Shown here piece by piece: positions 1 to 12,000 of a stretch of 64,000 bases of DNA. Within the stretch, counting starts at the first letter, position 1; each line of letters starts with the position of its first letter. This DNA is from Lingula anatina. Lineage: Eukaryota > Animalia > Brachiopoda. A model generated the notes under the pieces. That model worked only from the letters and a program-made list of their open reading frames with translations, searched no databases and was not told the origin of the DNA. The position numbers and the translations under genes were made by a program. Location: contig CM120646.1 of the NCBI GenBank assembly GCA_051362555.1, positions 14,384,001 to 14,448,000 on the forward strand, written 5' to 3'.

Positions 1-1500
1 TAAAGATTTCACATGTATTTACAAAGCCTATGAATCATTTGAAAGGAAAAAGGATGGTTGAAAAATGCAGTATAAATCATTTCAAGTGGATTAATTAGTG
101 TTGCACTTGAGAAAACTGATAAAATGAGACAGTCATTCCCTTTTACCTTTAGATGCTGATGACACTGGATATGCACAGTAATAACTTATTAAATGGGGGG
201 GGGGGGAATAACTTGTCACTAGTAATTTAAATTTATTCAGAAGTTGTATGGCTCTGTTTGAAAAGAATATTATTTGAGCAATCCTGTGTTACAGATCTCA
301 AAATAAAAAACCTGCAAAAAAAGGGGCCTCTTGATTATTTTGAGGAATTATGGTAACTGTATTTTGGGACAGATTTGATGGCAGCCATTTTGTATTTATA
401 AAAATTGGATAGATTTGCCCTTATCAAAGCATAGTTTGAATTCCTGGCTGTGAGTCTTTGATTAAATTTGATTATTGGAAGGTATTATCTCAAAATGTAC
501 TGATATCTTGATTTCGGCCGTTTGGTTTTCTGCTAAAATTGCTATAGTTTGAGGCACTTTTTCAATATCTTCTGTTGTGTTTAACACACTTTTTAAATGT
601 TGTATGATGAGACCAATATATGCTTAGGATCACTATAAAATTTTATGGCTGTCAAGCCTGCAAAAAGAGAGATATGAATGCTTGAACATTGCTTGGTAGA
701 AAAGTGAGTTTGGGGGGTGGGGTCATAAAAATGGGCGTGGCTCCTTAGTTTGTGGGTTAAACTGAAATTTAGTAACATATTCTCAATGGCAAATGGCTGG
801 TTTAAATAGGTAAATTTTCAATTAATTTTAAAAAGTCATCAGTTTTGACATATTTGCTTATGAAGTGGCTTTATTGACCGAAGCTGAAAATCAAGCCAAA
901 AATGGCCAAAACATATAATATCATATTATAATTATATCTAATGATTTCTTTTGGGATTGTTGTCTTCAATCTTAATATCTCCTATATATGCAACAATATT
1001 ATGAATTTGGTTGAAATCTGTTGACCCCCACCTTGCCACCCTCTGACTGGTCTTATCATGGACACACACTTAAATTACATCTTTATAGATATATTTAGAT
1101 GTGACAGATGAAACATTTTGATGCCTACATCCCCTCATCTCTAACCACGACAGATATAGCCTGCTATAGCCTTACAGGGATAACAACTCTTCTTATGAGA
1201 TCCATATTTCACGATAAATATATTGCTATCAACTCATAGAAATAGAATAAATTCTATTTTACCACCGATACGGCGGTTTTGGCAATTATTTTGGAATTTG
1301 TGCTTGCCATCGAAACATGTGACCTTCATAAATGGCTACCCGCTGAAATAATCTCTTAAAACCGAACTTTTTAGAAAAAAAAAACAGACTAATTATGAGT
1401 GTCGAAACGGATTCATTAACCATCGGTTAGTATGAGAAAATTGTCATTTACCCCAGGAAAATCCATTTTTTGGTCCAAAATACCACTTCTTATCCCTTTA
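1..1500. mobile_element. Probable right-hand part of a non-autonomous DNA transposon (TTAA-terminated, Kolobok/piggyBac-like)
   Basis: No coding frame. The segment ends ...CTTATCCCTTTAA at ~1500 (AGGG terminus plus TTAA on the reverse strand) and contains GGCAGCCATTTTG and GGGCGTGGC motifs common in such elements. The other end is outside the window, so TIR and TSD cannot be confirmed. Confidence 0.35.
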
Positions 1501-2516
1501 ATGTCACTACGAATTATTGGCCCAATAGACAGATTACTAAATCAATTTAAATCCACCTTCACTCTCGTACTTTTTTTCGCCCTGAAAATAATTTACTTTC
1601 GGTGAAATCTAAATCGGTTCACAACACAAACATCCGTCTGCCAATCGATTTAAGTCAAAGTTCTTTGAATACAGTGTTTCCTTAAATTGTGTTTTACGCC
1701 AGGGCCAGGTTATGTGTTAAGACGGGTCGATAAGGCGCGGGGTACATTTCCAGTTATTCTTGCTGAATAGGATTAACCTGTCTTCATTTCTTAAATTGCA
1801 GGCAGAAAAATGAGAATCAAAATATGCTACAAAACAGCGAAATAATTCAGGAATTGAGAGAATTGGACACAAAAAAAACTTATAATAATCTGCCAAATTT
1901 ACGTTTATGTGACGTGCTTCACAGATGTTGTGACGTCACAAAACCCATATCACCTTGAATTGCTTTCGAGTCTGCCTTTCTCCGTGTAATGATATAATGT
2001 ATAATTATGGTATAATTATGCTCTTATCTAACTGCATTTTTTATGAGTAAGTACTGCGATTTGGCTTCATGTTGCAGAACTGCAATGTTTCAATCCAAAA
2101 ACTATGCACGTTACGTCTCTCCCGTATAGTCCCAATGTCCATCTTTATAGTGCCACTGGACACTATTTTTCACGTGCTTAATAATCCGCAAAACCATAAG
2201 TTTTCTTTAAATTCGACACAAGTGCCATGGGCATGTATTACAGCAATTATTTCGTGTACAGTTGTAAAGGTGACGCTGATAGATTTGCTACACGGTGGTT
2301 CGTCGGGAAATGACTTCCATGAGGAAATGGGAAAAGGTGTTGCAAGAACTGTCATTGAATTACAGTGTATTCATACATTTGTGATGGTCAGGTAGCCCGT
2401 TTCAGCGTAGCGAGCTAGTTTTTAAACTTATTTTTGTAGCTGTATATTCTTTCATATTCTAGTATATTCTAGGAATGTATATCTATCGATTTCATGCTAA
2501 TAACTCGTGTTGAATA

Positions 2517-2533
2517 CTCTCTCTCTCTCTCCC

Positions 2534-2584
<51 letters not shown>
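2517..2584. repeat. (CT)n microsatellite
   Basis: About 34 CT units with two interruptions, seen directly. Confidence 0.97.
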
Positions 2585-2590
<6 letters not shown>

Positions 2591-3117
2591 ACACACAATC
2601 TTGTCCACAATTTCGGTCCAAAATACTCGTCAAAATTACACATTTTTGCATTCTACTATAATATTTACATCTAGGTTAATTGCCAACACCGCTTTTGGTC
2701 TTGATGTAAATTATCGTGTATACTGCTAACTGATGATTATCAGAACTTCCCCAGGATATGTCAAACGGAGATTATTACATATCGATGGCAATTTTCCTTT
2801 TTTTCACACAGGACCTTCACGTGGGTGTCGCTTCTTTTGAAATGCGTCCGGTGGCACACCCATTAAAGCGACTGGCAGACTGATCGCTCATTCTCCAAAT
2901 TAACGATGGATTGTGCTGAGAATAGAATAACGACCTACTATTCGTAAATTGAATGCTAGAATAGACGAAGTTTGTAACAAAGGTGGGCGATCTTTAAAAA
3001 AAGATGATCGACTGATCCCAACTCCTACCAGCCATTTCAGCTTTAGTAGAAGCGGTTCTGGAACGTTATTGCATGTGATAGTGATTTATAGCAGCTTTCC
3101 AGATCCATTATCTCAGC

Positions 3118-3237
3118 AAAAAAATAATAAATAAATAAAATAAATAAATAAATAAACATAAAACAACAAATAAATGAATAAAATAAATAAATGAATAGAT
3201 AATAATAAATTAAATAAAAAAAAGAAAGAAAGAAATA
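3118..3237. repeat. (AAAT)n-like A-rich low-complexity tract
   Basis: Degenerate AAAT/AAAAT/AAAG tandem units. Confidence 0.85.
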
Positions 3238-3769
3238 CCTGAATAACTCACATTTTAACATTAATCCTTATTAGTTTACGATAAGGATGCTCATTTCGTA
3301 AACCATTTCGGTATGCTGATTTACGATGTCTTTGTTTTCAAAAAGATAAAGAAGACGTGAAAACTGTGATCAATACATGACGCTCTAAATAACGAGGTGG
3401 AAACTGTTGTTGGACTATTTGCCAACATTTACCGCTAACTACATGTTTTCATTTGCCAAAACACAACGTAACAACTTCCAATCTACCTCAGAAAAAATCA
3501 CAGTTGTCACGGAAGGAAATAATACCCGGACGAATGAGAAATTCCTGCAAACAGGACTCACGATTCTCGACCATTCTTCCAACTTAAACCTTTACTCAAT
3601 ACCAATAAAATATTTATGTCCTAAGTCCCACTCTAAGTTTTCAGAAAGGCGTAAATCAATGCCAAAGACAAACATTGCCTGCTTATTGACGAGCGCGGTG
3701 GCTGGTCGTATTTTTGCATCTCCACCCCCTTAAAGGATCGATTGTTGGTCTTTGAATGATATCGACAAG

Positions 3770-3803
3770 TATAAAATGCCTAGCTGTTAGCTTCTGCAGC
3801 AGT
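3770..3803 (+). promoter_or_regulatory. Candidate core promoter (TATA box plus initiator) of the Cys-rich peptide gene
   Basis: TATAAAA at 3770-3776 and Inr-like CAGT with its A at 3801, 31 nt after the first T. A strong donor follows 57 nt later. Confidence 0.6.
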
Positions 3804-3857
3804 ATTTGATCACGAGGCCAAGTGGTATTACTTGTTTCAAGAGTTCGTGCATTTAAG
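3801..3857 (+). other. Probable non-coding first exon (5' UTR) of the prohormone-3/ITG-like gene
   Basis: Runs from the Inr to the donor AAG|GTAGGT at 3858 and has no ATG. The first coding exon opens with an acceptor (TTTTGTTTCAG, 7213), which implies an upstream exon. Confidence 0.55.
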
Positions 3858-6534
3858 GTAGGTTTTTTTTCTTTTAAGTGTTCCTAAACTGTTCAATTTA
3901 AGGAAACATTACAAAGATTGTGAACTTGTTTTTCTTGTGAGATTAAGACAGAGCTTCCTGCTTCCAAACTGTTTAATTTTGGAGAACGTTACAGTTTTTG
4001 TAATCTGTTCTAACTTGGTGCATGTACTATCAGCATCGAGCGGTTCAGATTTTCACCGTGCGCCTGTTTGTGTGCCAAATCTTAAGCTTGATACAAAGTG
4101 AGGTCAGATTGACAAGAGGTGTGCTATTTCACTACACGTGTCAGGGCACTCGTTAAAACTTGCACACAAACACAGGCGGGCATGACGAGCGTCGTTTTAG
4201 GAATATTCACATGTAATGGGCCAAGAGAGCAATTTGAAGACCTCTGTTGTTTCATGTGAAACTGTTTATAGAACGTCACTTTTTCAATGAACTTTGTTAT
4301 AATATGTTCCTCCTACTCTAATGCATTAGTCCTAAAGCTTTAGATCTACTTACCTATCGGTCACTGCCAGATTATGTACCATGGGCTAAATCAAGGCACA
4401 ATTCTAACAGGCACTTCCCAGAAATAATTACTGTTGGAAGAAAACCCTTTTTAATCTTTAAGCAAATCGTAGGCAATCAAATTGCAAATTTAATTTCCTG
4501 CCTTGGCTGGTTCTGTAGTCTTAACCACTACAGGGAAAAATGTCCCCAGAAACTACTTAAAGCACAAAGGGAGGGACGGGAGAGGCGTCCATGCATAAGC
4601 AGCAAAATATTAACCATAGAAAACGAGCATTTATCGTAGACAGCAGACAAACGAACTTTCGATTGATTGTATTGATGTTTTTGGAAGATTCAAGTTTTCC
4701 TGCATACTATATAAGTACCAAAATTATCGTTCAGGGCGAATGCTTCACATTGATGCATAAGTTTTCGTTCAGCAAATGGTACTTTTTTTCATTACATATC
4801 AAACAAACCAGTGTCTGGCTGGAATAGGAAACCGAATGGGTATTACATTATATGCATGAGCAGAATCGTATGCAACCATGCTGTAAACATGTAGAAGGAT
4901 TGTGAATTTTGCGGGGGTAGGCCTACTTGATCCCTGGCAAATTACAAATAAAGTTTTGCAAATAAACACGATTTTTATATGTAGTGAGACGTAGACCACC
5001 GGCCCGAATCGGGTCACATAGATGTTGACAACAAGTATTACACACAGCACCGTAAATAATAAGATTTCGTAAATATTATTGTTGACAAAAAGAAACGTTC
5101 CAGTTAACTGACAAAAAACACCTGTTGTTTACCAGGGGAATCTGCACTGCTGAAAGATGATATTGTGTTGCTCATCTGGATGAAGCTAGTCTGAGCCAGT
5201 CTTTCGTGACCAATTTGATTTGGACGATTGCTTGGACAGGACGTTACCCTGACCCATTTACATGAGAACTTTGCATCATCTAGTCCCCTGTTCCAGTCCC
5301 GTAAATAACTCTAATCCAATAAGAGAGGAGTATTGGTATACTCAATGTAAGGAAAAGTCCTGCATGTATTTCAATTTGCGCTGTAAATAGGCTCAAAATG
5401 TCATCTCAGTTTACACATCTGTTATAGTCTCCAATTGTAAGTGCTATATTTCGACCCTAAACTGTGATGGAGTTACAGTGTACACTAAATACTTAACAAA
5501 ACGCCTTCATGTTGTTGGAAGAATAGAAGATGTGTAAGAAGGCCAATCTGAAACCCGGCCTTGCCCAGATAGAACAAGTAGCCGACAATATGTAAAAATT
5601 GCTGAACAATTATTAATATTTGTTTTTGAAGTGTAGAATCAGTCTGAAATAAGGGCAAAGCCCCGTTGGTAATAAAAGCCGTTTTTTACATCGTGTAATC
5701 AGCTGGTGAAAGTATTAATCTCGCACTATGTGGTTTAATTTTATTGCTCTTACATCTGCGGGTGTAATTTTGCATGTGGATCTACTACACATGTCAGGTC
5801 GGCGTGTGCTGCCAGTATTGATAGGTTGTATTGCTGTTATAAATGCGTGATAATGGCATTGTTTTGGTTCACCGCCAGGTGCCTTGACATTTCAGAAATA
5901 CAGAGTTATTATTTTGCTTTCTTTCTTTTTCTTTCTTTCTTTCCCAAATTTCTATCATTTTTCTAAATATTCTATTTTGGTATTATTTTTTGTTCTTCTA
6001 TCCTACCGTTTATTCATCCCCTCTTTCTCCCTCTCTCCCCCTCACTCTCTCTCTCTCTCCATTTTATTTTTGTGGAATGTCAAGACGCGTGTCCTAGTTA
6101 TACACAATAATATTTGTAATTTGAGCTCAATCGATAGTGGAACACTTTTCCAATTACTGTTTACGATATCGATACACGGTGTATAAAGCGGTGTCACAAT
6201 GTTAAGTTCACTTGCGCAATGCAATTGGGATTTTTTTTTAATTCAACACTTGTTCATGTACTCTAGGCCAACTCTAGTTTAGCGCCATGACGCTCACAAA
6301 ACACGCGGGATCCCTTTACAACTTCGATAAATTTCTTAACATGACGTGACATATTGGAAATCGATTGTTGTGTTGATTTTTTTACCCACGGGCGATTCAA
6401 GGTGAGCGTTTTGTTTGGTGCAAAATGACCTTTACTATTTTGAGACTTTGTTAATTGTTTTTATAACAACGTACTACTTTTACTTGGTATTAAAGAGTGG
6501 ATCGAAGTGCAACAATGGCTAGGTCAGGGGTAGG

Positions 6535-6768
6535 AACTCAAACTCAAGTTCGTCAAACGGCGGACAACGCTATCCAGTGGATAAAAATGGCTTCTATCCG
6601 ATGGATCCTGGATAGCTTATCCAGAGGAGACAAGTGTTTTATCTACTTTGGATAGTGCTATCCACACGATGAGTTATCCAGTCTACAGAATAACAGTCTT
6701 TGTCTAATGGACAGTGTTACATGTATCCATAGGAGAGCGCTATCCAGCATTGGTGCAACAAGGCTCTG
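6535..6768. mobile_element. Degenerate MITE built of TATCC-n-GGATA units (Harbinger-like, related to 61968-62174)
   Basis: Multiple imperfect palindromes such as CTATCCAGTGGATA and TTATCCAGAGGA. It shares AGCGCTATCC with the element at 61968. Ends are eroded. Confidence 0.6.
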
Positions 6769-7226
6769 CTTTCCAGTGATAGCCTAAGCGTGTCTAGGAA
6801 ACAGTGCATTAAACATTATCCAAGTGTCCTATATCGCATTTATTTATTTATTGCAAATATAATCGAAATATTGTCTTTGTGATTTTTCTCTTTACAAAAT
6901 TACACATTTAAGGGATAAAAACTGCATGCGGAAAAGCAGTTGCACGTCTGTACGTATACACGGGTACATATTCATAAAAACTATAACATGACGTTGTTTC
7001 GAAAGCCGTTGCTCAAAAGTCACATCTTTATAATGCAAATAGCAAGGACCAAAATTAACCTAAAGAATACGGAGGAACATGTATTTCCCTTTTCCTTTTA
7101 TCGCCTTCTTCCCAGACTTTTGGTTTTTTTGTTTGTCATGCTAGTCGACCTTTCTTCCAATGCAATCAAGCTGAGAAGTTAATGAAAATTATGATGTTTG
7201 AATTTTGTTTCAGGACAGATATCAAA

Positions 7227-7358
7227 ATGTTGCCAACAGCCTTTCACACCGGGATATTGCTGACAGTGTTGTCCTGTGTATGTGCATACAGAGCTATGAG
7301 GTTTAGAGACGAGCTGCCCAGGGTATATCAATATCCTATACAATTTCCAGAGACAGAT
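7227..7358 (+). CDS. Prohormone-3/ITG-like secreted Cys-rich protein, coding exon A (signal peptide and propeptide)
   Basis: Acceptor ends at 7213, AAAATG start at 7227, MLPTAFHTGILLTVLSCVCA-YRAMRFRDELPRVYQYPIQFPETD, donor GTGAGT at 7359. Phase 0 matches exon B. Confidence 0.75.
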
Positions 7359-8879
7359 GTGAGTTAGCTTTTTACTTGTTCTTTTTTTTTTGTTCGTCTT
7401 TTATTCTTGCTCTGATAATTTCTTTTTTTCTTCTTCTCTTTTCTGCCTAATCTTTGGACTTTTTTGTCGTCTTTTTAACGTTTTTATTTCGTTTCTTCCT
7501 TTTCCTTCATTGCCCCCTTTATTCTCTATATCCTGTTTTTATCTTTTAACCACAAACTTTTTAGTTTTTTAAAAGCAACGCAGCTTTGATATACGCATCG
7601 AGTGAAGTAATTACATTAGGGAGTATTTATTTTTTGTAAATCTAAAGACATCAGATCTCATGTAATGCGAATGGTGATTAAAAAACAGTCTGTTTGAATA
7701 AAAGATGAGCGCACGGCGTCAATTCAAAATATGAGTCACATTGTGGCGCACACATAGAAGGTAATTACCCTGTAGTAGATGTCACATAAGGCGCGGGCTA
7801 AATTGCTTTTTGGCCAGACATAGTAATATACTCTATCAGTTACCTTAATAATTAACGAATGTAGCTACAGACCTTTACATCCAGTTTAAAGTGTTTTAAG
7901 TTGCTTTTCTCCCTCTGGGTGCATTTCGGTGGTTAGCAGATAGACAGAATTTGATGCCAACCGTTCCAAGGGGGATTTTCCTTAAAACGGAAATATTACT
8001 AGTTTATCAGATTTGACTTGCGCATGTAATCTAAGGTTAAGCGGCCAAGGTTGGAGATGGCAAGTTCCTGGCATACTTATACACAGGAAGGGCCCACAGT
8101 GTGACGATATGAGCTGACAATCTGTATATTAAAAGAATGCCTCACTTTTTCTTCAATGTTACCTCCCCCGCATATCCGTCACACTCTGAGACTCCGAGCA
8201 CACGAAGGGTTATTTAGATTAATTGAACATTAATCACAAATGTTTCAAAATTATTTGAAAAGTAATCTTTTCACATTGATTTCTTGTCATGGATATCAGA
8301 TATATATGCCAAACGCACACCAACATGGAATCAGTAATACCTTATAGAATTGGAGCATCCTCGTAGGAAACCTACAAAGAAGAAAAAGTTATACACGTAC
8401 TGTCTGTTGGTTTTAAGTCATAATCATTTTGTTCTCGAGCACGTTTGACAAATTTTGTTTCTACGTTGCATTTTCTTTCTATTTTGCTTCAACTAAAACG
8501 GATGTATAAACCTATTAATACCATGCATGGTTTGCTTTCAAAATCATCATTAAGATTAGTTAAAGATATTCTTAAAAGAAATTCTTAAAGTACAGTTTCG
8601 GATTATCATCTTTAGGAAGGGTACGAGTGTTATCGCCACTATAGACATAGGGCCAAATGATTTTCAAATTGTGTTAAATTTCAAAAATTGAAAACGAATA
8701 AACTAACAGTTATCTCTTCTACAAAATGTTGAATTGTAAGTCAAATTCAATAATGTTTTGAAGAAAGTTTGTTTATAGAAATGTCAGCAAATATTCAAAA
8801 TATGTCTATTCATGGTGCATAGCAGCAGGACAATTTAACAGAAATTCTCCCTTATTTTTCTCCTGGGCCTTGAAACCAG

Positions 8880-9027
8880 GGCCCCGTATCTCGAAAGCAT
8901 CGCGTATTGCGAATCGCTATATCTAATAGAGGCTACAATGTATTATATGGGACGAGTAGGGACGAGTTATGGAATCGAGACGCTTGCGCACGTGCGCAAC
9001 ATAGCGACGCTTTCGAGATACGGGGCC
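8880..9027. mobile_element. 148-bp PIF/Harbinger-type MITE
   Basis: Perfect 19-bp TIR GGCCCCGTATCTCGAAAGC / GCTTTCGAGATACGGGGCC, extending to 24 bp with one mismatch. Flanked by a CAG target-site duplication at 8877-8879 and 9028-9030. Confidence 0.9.
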
Positions 9028-12000
9028 CAGGTATTACAAGGTAGCGAGATCAAATCTAAGCCGTAGATTCCGGCTCGTATAACACGCCAAGTACTAAACA
9101 GAAGCGCTGCTTATAATGTCGGACATGCCAACATGTTCCTACAATTTGATTCGATTGTTACATGTTGTTGTAATTAGAATATGACGTAGATATGATAAGA
9201 GAGTGACGTCAATGCTCTTCAGTAGTGCAGCGTTACTTGTGTCATGGCGAAACTTTTTTACACCAGGGGCTATGTAAGGAGTTCATATAATTTCAGTAAA
9301 AAGTTCTTTTAAAATGTTATGTCATGTTTTGTACTGATTAATGCGCCTAAACCAGTTACATTTTTGTCAGTTGCCTCTTCAGGCTTGTTATTTTAAGGGG
9401 GCTTTCAAATCCATGATTATGCAACAGCTTTGAGTTGATCGATGTAAAAAAATATATATGGTTCTAAGAAAATCTACTACTGTTTTAAAAACTTTGAATT
9501 GCGGATAGTGGGTGAGCTTGTGTCAAGTTGATCATACATGTTTGTTTGTTTATTTGCCAGTGCTGAAGACAATGTTCATATCAGATATTACCAAGCCTAA
9601 GAAAGTACATATTCTCTTCTGTGGGTTGTAGGCCTATGATATAGCATTTATCAAAACTACATGTATACTCACGCGTTAAAGACAAATATCTCACTATATA
9701 ATACAAAACAAATGGTGCATGCTATTTCCAACGTTTTTTTTAATCTTGTACTTTGACATAATAAATTAGGCATCAGTTCCTATGTTTTTCAGAAGGAAAT
9801 ATGTCAGTCCTTGTGTCAATTAGTAGACACTGAGCAGGTTGCAATGTATAACACCATTAGGAACACTAAGCTTAATCTTCCACCGCCTCCATACGAGATT
9901 ATGTAACGTTACTAAACGTTGTTGTAAAACAGATTTTGTTTTTATCAATTAATTCGTTCATTTATTTATTTTATTTAAATATTTATTTTTTTAAAATTTT
10001 GCTTTGGAACGTGATTTACTTCAGGATATTCCTACACGTCTCTACAAAAAATGTTAACTCAATAGCGTACTAATAGTTTCTCGTGCATTGCGGCTTAGAT
10101 AAATATCAAGAAAATTACTCTCCCCGAGCACTGGCGTATTATTTTCAACATGGATTAATTTCCCGTTCACATTAGAAAGAAATATGACACCAAAATCAAG
10201 GCATTCAATTGACATGCCATTTGTCAAATATTAACAGAATCCATTTAATCGTGTAACGTACCTGAACATGGGGAGAAATAATGATATTTTTGACATATGT
10301 TGAGGACATAATTACAACTGTGATGGATAACATACGTGTGTATTACAACCGTATAATGTCAATCTAGTACGACCTAATCAACGCGGGCACTCTTTACACT
10401 TGTCCTCAGTATGTAAACCACTTCACTTTCAACTAATGTGGCAGTTGTCAGATAGAAAAGCATACATATTGGACTATAAGGACGTATTTGGAACCCCCAG
10501 GACAACAGTACAATCAATGGGTGTCTGGCATTGTGAAACATTAAATATCACATTCATTTGGAATGATAATAGCGGAGTCGGGGTGAAGGAGTGCCCTCTC
10601 TCTCTCTTTCTCTCTCTCTCTTAAAGTTTCGGAGGTATCATCTGTTAAAACATGCCGTATCAATTACAAAACGACATTAAGACCAATGAATGTGTCCTTC
10701 CCCGTCCCGTTCATGATCGAGTCTTAACATCACGACCAAACTCTCCTTGTCTACTTTTTTAATATTTGTCTCGATTGGCTAGAAAAAAATATTCGAAATT
10801 CACCCTCGTGCCCCACACACCTAAACAAAACAAAACAAAACAAAACATAACTTCCCCAACCGAGCAAATACTCACGACCCCCGTGGTAGTTGTTTGACAT
10901 GGTTACATCTCACAACCGCTTTTTTATTAATCGCTCACAAAATTACCATTTAAGATTCCCTCATAAGTACGCGTCTTAGTACAGAGCACTATTAGATAAG
11001 TACTTGTGTTTGCGTCTGTATACATTCCTTGCAAGGCTTCGTCTGGAAAAATAAAATGTTTGTGGCCAGCCACAAAAACTTGAGAAATCTGTCTTATTTG
11101 ACAATCTTAAATACCAATCCTTGTGAAACTACATGCTTTCCTATAGAACAGAAAAAAATCTGCTTATAAGTCTTTGGACAAAAGTTCTTGACTGTAAACA
11201 GTATAAGCCACACCAAAATAATGCCGGTTGGTACTGTCTCGTTATTAAATAAAACCACAGTTAAATCTAAATTGTCTGACTGTTTAATTGATGTTTCCGC
11301 ATTCTCTCCTGGGGATATCAACATTGAGAGTCCAACAGGATCTCAGTGTTTTTGTAAACAGGATGTGATTACGATGATTCTTTTTAATCCAAATCGTCTT
11401 AATGTGCATCAGGAGCGTGTCTTGGCATATAGCCATATTCGGGATATGTTTTATTATATTGTTTTTTGGGCCTGACATACGCTTTTTTATTATGTAAATC
11501 AAATAGCGCAGTTTAAATTCAATTGTTTCGTGCTACTCAAATAAGATGCATGTAGTTTTTGCCAAGGTCCAAATAACACATGTAGTGTACCCTCTGTCAA
11601 GATATTTTTTAAAAAATAGAAAATGTAAACACCCCACAGAGTCAGCTTTGTATGGTATTTGACTTAACGATTCGTAATGGAATTTTTATTCGTAGAACCA
11701 CCTGAGCACCAAAGCAGTTTTGTCCAAACGCCCACTAGGTAAATAACTAGTATGGGACAAAACCAGATGTTATCTGTATGGAACAGAACCCATTGTCCAA
11801 AAATACTGCTATATGCAATTGATTAATTGGCGATATTTTATTCCAAATATCACACGGTTCCAATGGCCTTAGACGTACCAACAGCTGAAAAAAGGTGAAA
11901 TCCGATATGAATATAAACAGAATTGCCAAGAGCTTTGAACACAGGCAGTGATTTAGATGCAGCATTCAATCCAAACTTTGTAAATCCTTGAAACACCGTT

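Noticed and set aside
5884-7572. Hydrophobic F/L/S-rich ORFs (5884-6186, 7390-7572, also 3043-3261)
   Set aside because: They are translations of T-rich or CT-rich low-complexity DNA, not membrane proteins.
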